From: an uncultured Chloroflexia bacterium
Lineage (GTDB): Bacteria > Chloroflexota > Limnocylindria > QHBO01
Assembly: GCA_963814375.1 (NCBI GenBank)
Contig: CAWFCQ010000007.1
Span: 1 to 64,000, forward strand
DNA length: 64,000 nt
Direction: 5' to 3'
The notes beneath the pieces are model-generated. The model saw nothing but the letters and a program-made list of their open reading frames with translations. It was not told the DNA's origin and searched no databases. Shown in pieces: positions 23,827 to 33,378 of this stretch (position 1 is its first letter; every line of letters begins with the position of its first letter). The translations under genes were made by a program, and so were the position numbers.

Positions 23827-23959
23827 TTTACCTGGGGCGGTAAGCAACGGAGAGGGAGCAGCGGAATCGGGGCCGGAATCGGTCGTGGATTGATCAGATC
23901 CGGTAAGCCGCGACCATCGGGAGGCTCGCCGTTCTCCGTTGGTTACCAGGGCGGGTAAA
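23827..23959. repeat. Palindromic element, copy 2 (133 bp)
   Basis: TTTACC-TGGGGC-GGTAAGCAACGGAGA ... TTGATC-N6-GGTAAGCCGCG ... TCTCCGTTGGTTACC-AGGGCG-GGTAAA. Confidence 0.93.
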
Positions 23960-23970
23960 GCGGCCCAGCG

Positions 23971-24625
23971 CTACAGCAGGAGGATGCCGTTGGCACCCGG
24001 GTCGCGCCCATCGGCGAAGGCGCGCAGGAGATCGCGCGACTCCAGCGGGAACGACGCGCGAGCCGATGAGCCTGCGAGACGCAGCGCCTCGCGATTGGCG
24101 CGCGTCCCCTTCAGGACGACGATCGAGCCGATCGGCGCGCAGGTCTCGTTGCTTGAGGAGCGCCGAGCGCGTCTGGGCCTGCCAGTCGGCGAGCCGCGTC
24201 CAGAGCTCGCACAGGACGACGCAGCCAGGGATGGTCGCGGTGGCGTCGCCGGCTCGAAGGTCGCCGGGAATCGGCATCGGCACCTCGGTTGCCCACGTCC
24301 AGGCAGGGTGGGCGCGAGCCCGCAGCCCGGCGAGGAGGTCGAGCTGCGGTTGGTCGAGGAGCCGGCGTCCGGCCGGGAACGCCCGCAGGTAGAGCTTCAG
24401 GCCGAGCGCCGCAGAGATCTGGGCCAGCTGCCGGTAGGTGATGGACCCAATGAGGCCGCGCTCAACCATGCTGATCCTGCCCACTGACGTTCCCACCGCT
24501 CGCCCGACCTCCATCTGGGTCCTGCCCGACATGACGCGGGCGAGCCGGATCTCGCGACCGATGTCCGTCAGCTGCCAGGCAGCGAGGCGGAGCGCATCGG
24601 TGCGGGGCGAGCTTCGGTTCGGCAT
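23971..24625 (-). CDS. XRE-family HTH protein with putative C-terminal PD-(D/E)XK/DUF559-like nuclease domain (1-nt frameshift near 24124)
   Basis: IRLARVMSGRTQMEVGRAVGTSVGRISMVERG (XRE HTH); TEVP...RAGD...CELWT; removing one base gives RLIVVLKGTRANREAL...SFPL...GRDPGANGILLL* (about 217 aa). Confidence 0.75.
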
Positions 24626-24670
24626 GCGCCGATCCTGACGCAGCGCTCGTTACCGGCCCATTACGCGCCG

Positions 24671-24802
24671 ATTACCTGAGCGGGTAAGCAACGGAGAGGC
24701 AACCGGCGATATCGGGCCGATTGCGTCGTGGATTTGCCGACGCTGGTAACGGGCGGCTATCGAAATGCCCGCCGATCTCCGTTGCTTACCGGTGCTGGTA
24801 AA
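24671..24802. repeat. Palindromic element, copy 3 (132 bp)
   Basis: ATTACC-TGAGCG-GGTAAGCAACGGAGA ... TTTGCC-N6-GGTAA ... TCTCCGTTGCTTACC-GGTGCT-GGTAAA. Confidence 0.93.
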
Positions 24803-24847
24803 TCCCTCAGTTGACCCTTGGGCACGTATGGTGCAAGTGCAGCGCGC

Positions 24848-25132
24848 ATGGCGACCGAATCGGACCTGCGGCTGGCGATCCGAACGGTCGCTGTCAGCGC
24901 CCGCGCTGCGGTGACCACCCACGCCAAGGTCGGGCGACCGGACCTGGCTGCCGAGAGTGCGCGGCGCGGGTTGAAGATGCTCGGCGATCTGCGTGGCCGG
25001 CTGACTCCCGAGACTCCGGCGGAGACCCGCGAGACGTTCGATTCGGCGATGCGAGAGCTCGGGGCGGCGGCCGGGCTGGCCGACCTCGAGGTCGACGCCC
25101 CGCTGCCCAAAGAGGTCCGCAGCCGGCCCTGA
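24848..25132 (+). CDS. Hypothetical helical protein
   Basis: MATESDLRLAIRTV..., 94 aa with GC3-biased codons. Confidence 0.6.
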   Translation: MATESDLRLAIRTVAVSARAAVTTHAKVGRPDLAAESARRGLKMLGDLRGRLTPETPAETRETFDSAMRELGAAAGLADLEVDAPLPKEVRSRP

Positions 25133-25144
25133 GGGTATGCTCGA

Positions 25145-25537
25145 CTAGCGGATGGCCGGGTCGGCGAGGAGGCCGTCGACGGCGTCGGTCAGGAGGTCGA
25201 TGCTGAACGGCTTGCTGAGGGTCGCAACCCGGCGCGTCTCCGCGAGGCCCGCCTCCAGCTCTTGAAGCTCAAACAGGTCCGCGCTGCACAGCAGGACGGG
25301 CAGCTCCGTGAACATCGGATCGCGACGGACTTCCTGCGCGATCTCCCAGCCGTGATCACCCTCGACCCCGAGCCGCACGTCGATCATCAGCAGGTCCGGG
25401 CGAGACGAGCGGATCAGGTCGAGCGCATCGGGACGATCCCCGTCGATCAGGGTGGTGTCGTATCGGTCTCCCTCGAGGATGTCGTGGACGAGGTCGAGGA
25501 ACTCCGGATTGTCGTTGACGACCGTGATGCGAGCCAT
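25145..25537 (-). CDS. Single-domain response regulator receiver
   Basis: MARITVVNDN, PDLLMIDVRL, LLCSA, LSKPF; GGGAGG RBS. Confidence 0.9.
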   Translation of the reverse strand: MARITVVNDNPEFLDLVHDILEGDRYDTTLIDGDRPDALDLIRSSRPDLLMIDVRLGVEGDHGWEIAQEVRRDPMFTELPVLLCSADLFELQELEAGLAETRRVATLSKPFSIDLLTDAVDGLLADPAIR

Positions 25538-25631
25538 TGAACCCTCCCATGGCCCCGCTGGATTAGGCATCCAAGAGTACACCCGAGCCGAGCAAGGCCG
25601 ATGTGGCACACCGGTTGCCACACAGCCGGGC

Positions 25632-26708
25632 GTGGCTGTCCTCGCTCCCCTGATCGCATTCATCGGCCGCCAGCTCGGCCGGCTGGTGCAGATGGTCTTC
25701 GGCTGGGCGACGCTCATGCTCTTCGGCCGAGTCCCGCAGAGCAAGCAGCTGCTCCTGGCCGGCGTCTCCGCCGGCGCGCTGGCGTGGATCGTCGTCCTCA
25801 TCGGCATTGCGATCCCGGACGTCGGCACATTCCTGATCGCGCTGGTTCCGACCCCCGACTTCATCGAGGAGAGCTGGATTCGCATCGCGATGATCGTGCT
25901 GGCGGTGGCGCTGCCGCTGGCGGTCGGCGCAGGCGGCCTGATGCTGATGGACCCGGCGGATCGTCCGGAGGGCATCGGCGGCAAGGCGGTCCAGGTCCTG
26001 CGCGGATATCCGTACTCGGTCGTGCTGGCGCTCGTGATCCTGTTCCTGCTGGTCGTCGCACCCGCCTTCAAGGTGCGGACGATCATCAAGCGCTGGGACG
26101 ATGCCCACATCCCGATCATCGTCAAGCCCGACGGGTACGAGCAGGTTGCCGGGGAGCTCGAGCAGGCGATCGACTCGGCGGGCATGAACCTCGAGCGGGC
26201 ACGCGTGCCGCGCGTCCTGGAGGCGCCCTCCCGCCTCCTCGCCCTCGTCGGAGGCGAGAGCGTCAAGCGCCTCGTGCCGGATCGGCTGGTGATGCTCAAG
26301 TCCAAGTCGCTGGAGGTGACGATCCACCCGTCGGACGTCGCGATTGCGGGAGAGAAGGAGGCGGTGGCACGGGCGCGCGCGGCGGTGGCCGATCGGCTGA
26401 CGAAGACCGAGGCCTACCTCACCATCGCGGAGGAGTCGCAGGAGATCGAGGACGCGCTTCGCCGGCTGCGCGGGACCGATGTCGAGGATGACTCCGCACG
26501 GGTGGCGGCTCTCGAGAGCCTGCGCTCGATCGATGGCCGGCTCGCTCGCCTGGTCGTGCCATACGAGGAGTGGGAGGTCCTCTACCGCCAGCGACTGCAG
26601 ATCGAACGCGACCTGCTGCGCGCCGGCCAGCCCGACGAGACGGCCGAGGACGAGGAAGGGCTCCTGAAGCGTGTCGGCCACGCGGTCGAGTCACTCGTCG
26701 GCGGGTAG
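25632..26708 (+). CDS. Hypothetical membrane protein
   Basis: About 4 N-terminal TM helices and a soluble C-terminal domain. Confidence 0.8.
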   Translation: MAVLAPLIAFIGRQLGRLVQMVFGWATLMLFGRVPQSKQLLLAGVSAGALAWIVVLIGIAIPDVGTFLIALVPTPDFIEESWIRIAMIVLAVALPLAVGAGGLMLMDPADRPEGIGGKAVQVLRGYPYSVVLALVILFLLVVAPAFKVRTIIKRWDDAHIPIIVKPDGYEQVAGELEQAIDSAGMNLERARVPRVLEAPSRLLALVGGESVKRLVPDRLVMLKSKSLEVTIHPSDVAIAGEKEAVARARAAVADRLTKTEAYLTIAEESQEIEDALRRLRGTDVEDDSARVAALESLRSIDGRLARLVVPYEEWEVLYRQRLQIERDLLRAGQPDETAEDEEGLLKRVGHAVESLVGG

Positions 26709-26731
26709 TTCGGGCCGCGCCGCCGCCGCCG

Positions 26732-26863
26732 TTTACCGAGGCTGGTAACCAACGGCGAACGAGCGCCCGAATTCGGTTCGGATCGGTCGCGGATTTACCG
26801 GCCCGGGTAACGGCCGGCGAACGAGGCGGCCCTGGATCTCCGTTGGTTACCCGTACGAGTAAA
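26732..26863. repeat. Palindromic element, copy 4 (132 bp)
   Basis: TTTACC-GAGGCT-GGTAACCAACGGCGA ... TTTACC-GGCCCG-GGTAA ... TCTCCGTTGGTTACC-CGTACG-AGTAAA. Confidence 0.93.
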
Positions 26864-26951
26864 GGACCACCGGGCGCGGTACCTCTTGACAGCCTCGGCT
26901 TTCATGTCTACCTTGTCATTCATCTTTGTGTGAACGATAGGTACGACCTGA

Positions 26952-27560
26952 ATGAAGCCGAAGACCTCCCCTGCCGATCCGCCGGCCGAGATGCTCATCA
27001 CCGACGTCGAGCAGCTGAAGGCCGTCTCCGATCCCCTTCGCATCCAGCTCCTGGAGCTCATGGGCGAGGCACCGGTGCGCGGCTGGACCGCCAAGGAGCT
27101 GGCAGAGCGCCTGGCGACGAAGCAGACGAAGCTCTACCACCACATCAACCTGCTGGAGGAGCGCGGCTTCATCGGCGTGGCGGAGACCCGGATGGTCTCG
27201 GGCATCCAGGAGAAGCGCTACCGGGTCAACGCGCTCAGCTTCCGGGTCGACCGCAACCTCTTCACCGCCGCCCCGGCGCAGGAAGCCTTCTCGCACGTGC
27301 TCGACGCGATCTTCGAGAAGGCGCGCAACGAGATCATGGCCGGCCAGCGCTCCGGGCTGATCGACCTCGGTGAGGGGGAGTTCGAGCGGCGTCGCGCGGC
27401 GATGTGGTCGTCACACGCCCGGCTGAGCGACGCGAGCGTCCGCAAGGTGATGCGCCAGATCAAGAAGCTGGCCGAGATCGACGACCTCGAGGAGGCCGAC
27501 GGCACCGACTACGGGCTCGTCCTGGCCTTCTATCCGCGTGCAACCGACAAGGAGGACTGA
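26952..27560 (+). CDS. ArsR-like (HTH_20) winged-helix regulator
   Basis: LKAVSDPLRIQLL, TAKELA, LYHHINLLEERG, GIQEKRY. Confidence 0.88.
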   Translation: MKPKTSPADPPAEMLITDVEQLKAVSDPLRIQLLELMGEAPVRGWTAKELAERLATKQTKLYHHINLLEERGFIGVAETRMVSGIQEKRYRVNALSFRVDRNLFTAAPAQEAFSHVLDAIFEKARNEIMAGQRSGLIDLGEGEFERRRAAMWSSHARLSDASVRKVMRQIKKLAEIDDLEEADGTDYGLVLAFYPRATDKED

Positions 27561-27563
27561 CCG

Positions 27564-28833
27564 ATGACCGACACACCGATGGGGGTCCGCGACGTCCTCC
27601 GCATCCGCGACTACCGACACCTCTTCGCCGGCCAGGTCGTCTCCGACATCGGCGACGGCATCACGCTGCTGCTCGTCCTGCTGGTCATCAACGACCTGAC
27701 CGGTGGCTCCACCATCGCCATCGCGCTGATGGCGATCGCCGAGGCGGTGCCGGCCTTCACCGTCGGCCTCGTCGCCGGGGTGTACGTCGACCGATGGAAC
27801 CGCCGCTCGATCATGCTGGCCGCCGACCTGCTGCGCGCCGGCATCGTCATCACCTTCGGGCTCATCTCGAGCCCCGAGCTGCTCCCGCTCCTCTACGCCC
27901 TGGGCTTCGCTCCAGGCGTCCGTCAGCACGTTCTTCCGCCCGGCGCGCGGCGCACTCCTGCCGCACATCGTCCCGGCCGAGGGCCTGCCGGCGGCGAACG
28001 GGCTGGCACAGGCGTCCCAGGTCATCGGCGGCGTCATCGGTGCCGGGATCGCCGGGCTCCTGTTCGGCCTCTTCGGATCCGGCCTCATCGGATTCGTCAT
28101 CGACGCGGGCACATTCCTCGTGTCGTTCCTGCTCATCTCGCGCATCGCCTCGTCGGCCGGCGCGATCGCGGGCGACGTCCGCGCGCGTGCGGCTGGATCG
28201 AGCGTCGTCTCGTCGCTGCGCGACGGATTCGGGATCGTTCGCCACTCGCGCGTCCTGGCCGGGATCATCCTCGCCGCGGGCGTGACGATGCTCGGGCTCG
28301 GCTCGGTGAACGTGCTGTTCGTCCCGCTCGTCATGAACGACCTCCAGGTCAACCCGACCTGGATGGCCGGGATCGACGCGGCGCAGACGGTGGGCATGCT
28401 GGCCGCCGCCGCCCTCGTCACCACGCTGGTCAAGCGCGTGGCCCCGACCTCGATCATCACCCTCGGCCTCGTCGGCATCGGGATCTGCATCGGCCTCATG
28501 GCAGGCGTGAGCGCGATCTGGCAGGTCCTCGTGATCCTCGTGATCGTCGGGCTGTGCGTGACGCCGGTCCAGGCGATGATCCAGACGCTCGTGCAGACCG
28601 CGACGCCGGACGCGTCTCGTGGCCGGGTGGTCTCGCTGATCCAGGCGGCGATGTCGACGGCGAGCGTCGCCTCGATGGCGATCGGCGGCGTCCTTGGCCA
28701 GGTCATCGGGATCCGGGAGGTGTTCTTCGCGGCTGGCGTCATCACGCTCGTCGCCGCCGCAATCTCGTTCGTGATGTTCCGAGGAGTGTCCGGGCGACCC
28801 GTGTCGAGGCCGGCCGCCGCGGAGCCCGCCTAG
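27564..28833 (+). CDS. MFS transporter (MFS_3/DHA3-like; frameshift near 27912)
   Basis: LFAGQVVSDIGDG, GVYVDRWNRR, RGRVVS. Confidence 0.9.
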
Positions 28834-28841
28834 CGCCGCGG

Positions 28842-28972
28842 TTTACCGGCTGCGGTAACCAACGGAGATCGGCGAAGCCCGGAGCCCGGTTTCCGGTCGC
28901 CGAATTCCCAGACGGGTAAGCCGCGGCTATCGGGAGGCCTTCCGATCGCCGTTAGTTACCGGCACGGAAAAA
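28842..28972. repeat. Palindromic element, copy 5 (131 bp)
   Basis: TTTACC-GGCTGC-GGTAACCAACGGAGA ... GGTAAGCCGCGG ... TCGCCGTTAGTTACC-GGCACG-GAAAAA. Confidence 0.9.
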
Positions 28973-28982
28973 CGGCGGCGGT

Positions 28983-31900
28983 TCAGCCCCGAGTTGGGAC
29001 CCCGGTCGTGGCACCGACCGAGGAAGGTGCGGTGGCGCGGGCGAGGGCTGCATCGAGGCGGTCGAGAAAGGCGGAGGCGCGGAGTTCGACGAGGAGCGGT
29101 CGCACCTCCTCCGCCCACTGCTGAACCTCGGATTCGTCCGGCATGAGCGTGGCCGCCCCGACGACGAGCATCGCATCCTCCATGAGGAGGCCCAGGCGCC
29201 GCAGGATCTCGCGCGCCGCGCGCGCCGCGTCGAGCGCCTCGGGGCGGCGGTTCTCGAGCGCCGCCACCGCGGCTTTCGCCTGCAGCCGCAGCGAGTCCGA
29301 CCAGGCTCCCGTGAGGCGCAGGTTTGCGACCCGATCTGCGACGCTCCGAACCCGCTCGAGATCCCGCGCCGCAATGGCGGCCTCGAGGGCCAGGCCCAGC
29401 GGGACCTCCTCGTTCTGTGGCTGGAGAGCCGCGGCCTCCATGCCGAAGTCGAATGCACGCTCAGGATGGCCCGAGGCGAGTGCGGCGGTGCCGCTGGCCA
29501 TCGGCAGCGTGAACAGGTCGTCCGGGTCCTCGCTACCGGCTGTGAGCTCGCGCAGCTCCTCGACAACGGCATCCAGCCGCTCGCCGCGGGCTGATTCGAT
29601 GACCCCAATCAGCGCGATGAGCCGCACCCGATCTCCCCGCAGGGTCGCTCCCTCAAGAGCCTCGCGCATGACGGCGAGGTGCTCGTCCCACGCTTGGCCC
29701 TGCGAATATGCGGTGACGCCCGCGGTTCCGGACAACCAATTGAACATGCCGCGGTCGCCGATCGTCCGGGCGAGCTCACGCGCCTCGTTGTACATCCTCC
29801 CGGCGCGTGCCGGATCGTCGTCGGAATAGGCCGACGCAAGGTTGTTTCGAACGCGCATCTCGATGCTCCGGTCGCCGATCTGCTGAACGAGCTCGAGCGC
29901 GGCCTCCTGGAGGGCGATCGACTCGCGGCGCCGGCCCAGGATGTTCAGGCCCGGAGCCCTTGTTCACGAACGCCTCGACCACGACGTCGTCGAGGTTCAG
30001 CCGCTCGGCAATGGGCAGAGCACGCTCCCCGGCGGCCACCGCCCGCTCGCCGTCCCCGGCACGCATGTAGGCCCGCGCCAGGTTGGCGAGCACGTTGGCA
30101 AGGGCGACCTCGTCGCCCGCCGCCTCCGCTTCTGCCACCCCGGCCTCGAGAATCTCGGTGGCACGCATGATCTGGCTGGCGTCGATCAGGACCTTGCCCA
30201 GACGGGCGGTCGCTCGCGCCGCCGCACTCGTGTCGCCGATCTCGCGATACGCATCCGCGGCGGCGGAAGCGAACCGCTCGCGCACCCTCGGAGGCGGCAG
30301 CGGCCGCTGACCGGGCCGCGCGATCGAGCAGCGGGGCGCGCTCGGCCGCGCCGGGGGTCACGGCCAGAGCCTGCTCGAGGTAGGACACCGCCTGCTCGTG
30401 GGCGCCGAGCTCTGCCGCGCGGTCGGCGGCGGCGGTCAGGGCGATGCGCGCCTGGGTGGCGACCGCATCGGCCTCCGCGCCCTCTTCGGACGCTTCGTGC
30501 GCTGCGAGGTAGTGGCTCGCGAGCGCGCCGGCCAGCTCGTCATCGCCGAGTGACTCGTAGTGGCGGGCAGCGGCGAGGTGGCGATCGCGGCGATCACGGC
30601 GGGCCAGCGTGCCGTAGGCGACCTCGCGGATGAGCGACTGCACGAACTTGTACTGGCCACGCTCCGGTGACGCCGGATCGCGCTCGACATCGAGCAGCTC
30701 ACGCCGCACGAGGTCGCGCAGGCGGCCGTCGAGATCGGCTGCCTCGGCGCCGGTCGTGGCAGCGAGCGTGTCGGCGCTGAAGACCTGTCCGAGGACGGCC
30801 GCGTCCTGGAGCAGGCTGCGGTCCGAGCCTTCCAGCGCGTCGAGACGCGAGGCGATGAGCGAGCGCAGCGTGTCGGGAACGGTGATGTTCGACAGGTCGC
30901 CGACCGGCTCGTACACGTCGCCGACGCGCTTGATGCGCCCATCGGCCAGCAGCCCGCGAACGGTCTCGACGGCGTAGAGCGGAACTCCCTCCGCGCGACC
31001 GACGATGGCGGCGAGGGCGTCATCCGGCAGCCCGGGGACGAGGCCGTTGAGCATCTCGCGCACGGCCGCATCGGTCAGCGGCTCGAGGGCGAGGGCGGTC
31101 AGGTGGCGGCGGTTGGCGGCCCAGTCGGCGCGCCGGTCGAAGAGCTCCGGCCGCGCCAGCGTCACGATCATGATCGGGAGGCCGCGCGACCAGTCGAGCA
31201 GGTGGTCGATGAAGTCGAGCAGGCCCGAATCGGCCCACTGGAGGTCCTCGAACACGAGCACCGTCGTCCCACGCTCGGCGATGCGCTCGAGGAAGGTGCG
31301 CCACGCCGGGAACAGCGTGTCACGCCCACCCGCAGGTCCCTCCTCGACGCCCAGCAGTGCCAGCAGCGCGGGACCGATGAGCTCGCGCTCGGCCGGATCG
31401 GCCACGTACTCAGCCACCGTCGCCGCGATTCGCTCGCGCGTCTCGGCCTCGTCCGCGTCCTCGGTCAGCTGCGCGCGGCGGCGCACCATCTCGCCGAGCG
31501 CCCAGAAGGTCATACCCTCGCCGTACGAGGGTGAGCGGCCGCGATGCCACCAGATGTCCTCGGCCACGCCGTCGATGTACTTCTCGAGCTCCCAGACCAG
31601 CCGGCTCTTGCCGATGCCGCCGGGACCCGTGATCGAGACCAGCCGCGTTCGACGCTCGCGGCCGACGGCGTGGAGCACCTCCTTGAGCTGGCGCAGCTCC
31701 TCCTCGCGGCCGACGAACGGGGCCTCGAGCGCATCGGCGCGTCCCTGCCCGCCCCGCTGGGCGACGACGCGCATCGCCTGCCACGCCGGAACCGGGCTCG
31801 TCTTGCCCTTGAGCGAGTGGTCGCCGATCGACTCGAACACGATCGACCGCTCGGCGGCGCGCATGGTGCTCTCGCCGACCAGCACGGTGCCGGGTTCGGC

Positions 31901-32508
31901 CACGCCCTGGAGGCGGGCCGCGGTGTTGACGAGGTCGCCGGCCACCATCCCCTGGTTCTGGGCGTTGAGCGTCACCGCCGCCTCGCCGGTCAGCACACCC
32001 CCGCGCGCCCGAAGGTTCGGGTTGAGCGTGCCGACCGCGTCCACCAGCTCGAGCGCGGCGCGAACGGCGCGTTCGGCGTCATCCTCGTGCGCGATCGGGG
32101 TGCCCCAGACCGCCATCACCGCGTCGCCGATGAACTTCTCGACCGTCCCGCCATGCAGCGTGATGATCCCGGTCGCCCGTTCGAAGTACTTGCTGAGCAG
32201 CTCGCGGACCGCCTCGGGGTCCCGATCCTCCGCCAGGGTCGTGAACCCGACGAGATCGGTGAAGAGGACGGTCACGACCCGGCGCTCGGCGCTCCGTTCC
32301 TGGTTGCTGCGTTTGCGGCTCCGTGGCGGTCGCGACCGGCGGCGGACGTGGCGGCACCGGCGAAGGCGTGGCCGCAGCTGGCGCAGAAGCGGGCGTCCGA
32401 CCGATTCGTGGCGCCGCAGCTCGGGCAGGCGGCCTCGAGGGCCGTCCCACAGCTATCGCAGAAGCGGCTCCCGGGACGGTTCTCGGTCCCACACGACGAG
32501 CAGCGCAA
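28983..32508 (-). CDS. Second double zinc ribbon + class III cyclase + AAA ATPase + TPR protein (frameshifts)
   Basis: TTG start after GGAGGA; CSSC..CDSC..CPSC..CASC, FTDLVGFT, EKFIGDA, GDLVNTAARLQ, GPGGIGKS, FEDLQWAD. Confidence 0.9.
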
Positions 32509-32611
32509 CCTGGTTCCTCCGACAGATATGACGCGGAGCGTACTCCGCGACGCAACCCGATCGTAAGATGCGCGGCGTGGGGGTCGTGGCATCCATGGAC
32601 GGAGGACCCGC

Positions 32612-33082
32612 ATGAGCTCGACAGCACCTGTGGCCGCGCCGATCGCCTACGGCGGGTTCTGGATCCGCTTGCTGGCCATCATCCTCGACGGGATCATCAT
32701 CGCGGTCGTGACCGGAGCCCTCGCGCCGATCCTCGGGGTGGACAGCCTCATCCCGCCCACCCCGCCACCGACCGATCCTCCGCCGGGCATCAGCATCAAC
32801 TTCCAGTTCAACGCGCTGGGAACGCTGTTCGGTCTCGTCTACTTCGTCGGTTTCTGGGCGTGGCGCGGGCAGACGCCGGGGATGATCCCGTTCCGGATGC
32901 GCATCGTCCGCGCCGCCGATGGTTCACGACCCGACTGGGTGATCGCCCTGCTCCGCTACGTCGGGCTCATCATCTCGATCGTCGTCTTCCTCCTCGGCGT
33001 CATCTGGGCCGCCTTCGACGGCCGCAAGCAGGGCTGGCACGACAAGATCGCCGGCACTCTCGTGGTGCGCGATCCCGCCTGA
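32612..33082 (+). CDS. RDD family membrane protein
   Basis: YGGFWIRLLAIILD, GQTPG, KQGWHDKIAGT. Confidence 0.92.
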   Translation: MSSTAPVAAPIAYGGFWIRLLAIILDGIIIAVVTGALAPILGVDSLIPPTPPPTDPPPGISINFQFNALGTLFGLVYFVGFWAWRGQTPGMIPFRMRIVRAADGSRPDWVIALLRYVGLIISIVVFLLGVIWAAFDGRKQGWHDKIAGTLVVRDPA

Positions 33083-33124
33083 CGACGGGTCGCATCGTGT
33101 CTGGCCGGCCGTGGCGCGGCGGCA

Positions 33125-33256
33125 TTTACCGGCTCGGGTAACCAACGGAGAGGACGGGCCCCAAACGGGTCCTTTCTGGTCTGGGATTTACTCGTACCGG
33201 TAAGCCGCGGCCATCCGGAGGGCATCGGATCGCCGTTAGTTACCGATATCGGTAAA
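33125..33256. repeat. Palindromic element, copy 6 (132 bp)
   Basis: TTTACC-GGCTCG-GGTAACCAACGGAGA ... TTTACT-CGTACC-GGTAAGCCGCGG ... TCGCCGTTAGTTACC-GATATC-GGTAAA. Confidence 0.93.
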
Positions 33257-33378
33257 GCCGGTCCAGATTCGAACGGCACCCCGGCGAAAGATCAGGCCGT
33301 TGGTCGCCGAGAGAGTGAGCGGAGTGGCACGAGGGCTGCAATTGCGTTGCTCTGAATCACCGCAGGGGGGAACCTCCG

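Noticed and set aside
18396-33256. Elements as a CRISPR array
   Set aside because: Copies are separated by 0.7-5.3 kb of genes rather than 30-40 bp spacers, and there are no cas genes.
18396-33256. Elements as integron attC sites (they contain CAAC...GTTR)
   Set aside because: The AAC/GTT triplets are internal rather than terminal, no L boxes or extrahelical bases are evident, the intervening genes lie in both orientations with their own promoters, and there is no intI in the window.
18396-33256. TTACC-N6-GGTAA boxes as dif/pdif tyrosine recombinase sites
   Set aside because: Arms are only 5-6 bp on the outer side, they do not resemble XerC/D arms, and the N6 spacers differ between copies.
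18396-33256. Elements as simple intrinsic terminators
   Set aside because: There are no U-tracts, the length and three-box layout are fixed, and they occur between tandem, convergent and divergent gene pairs.
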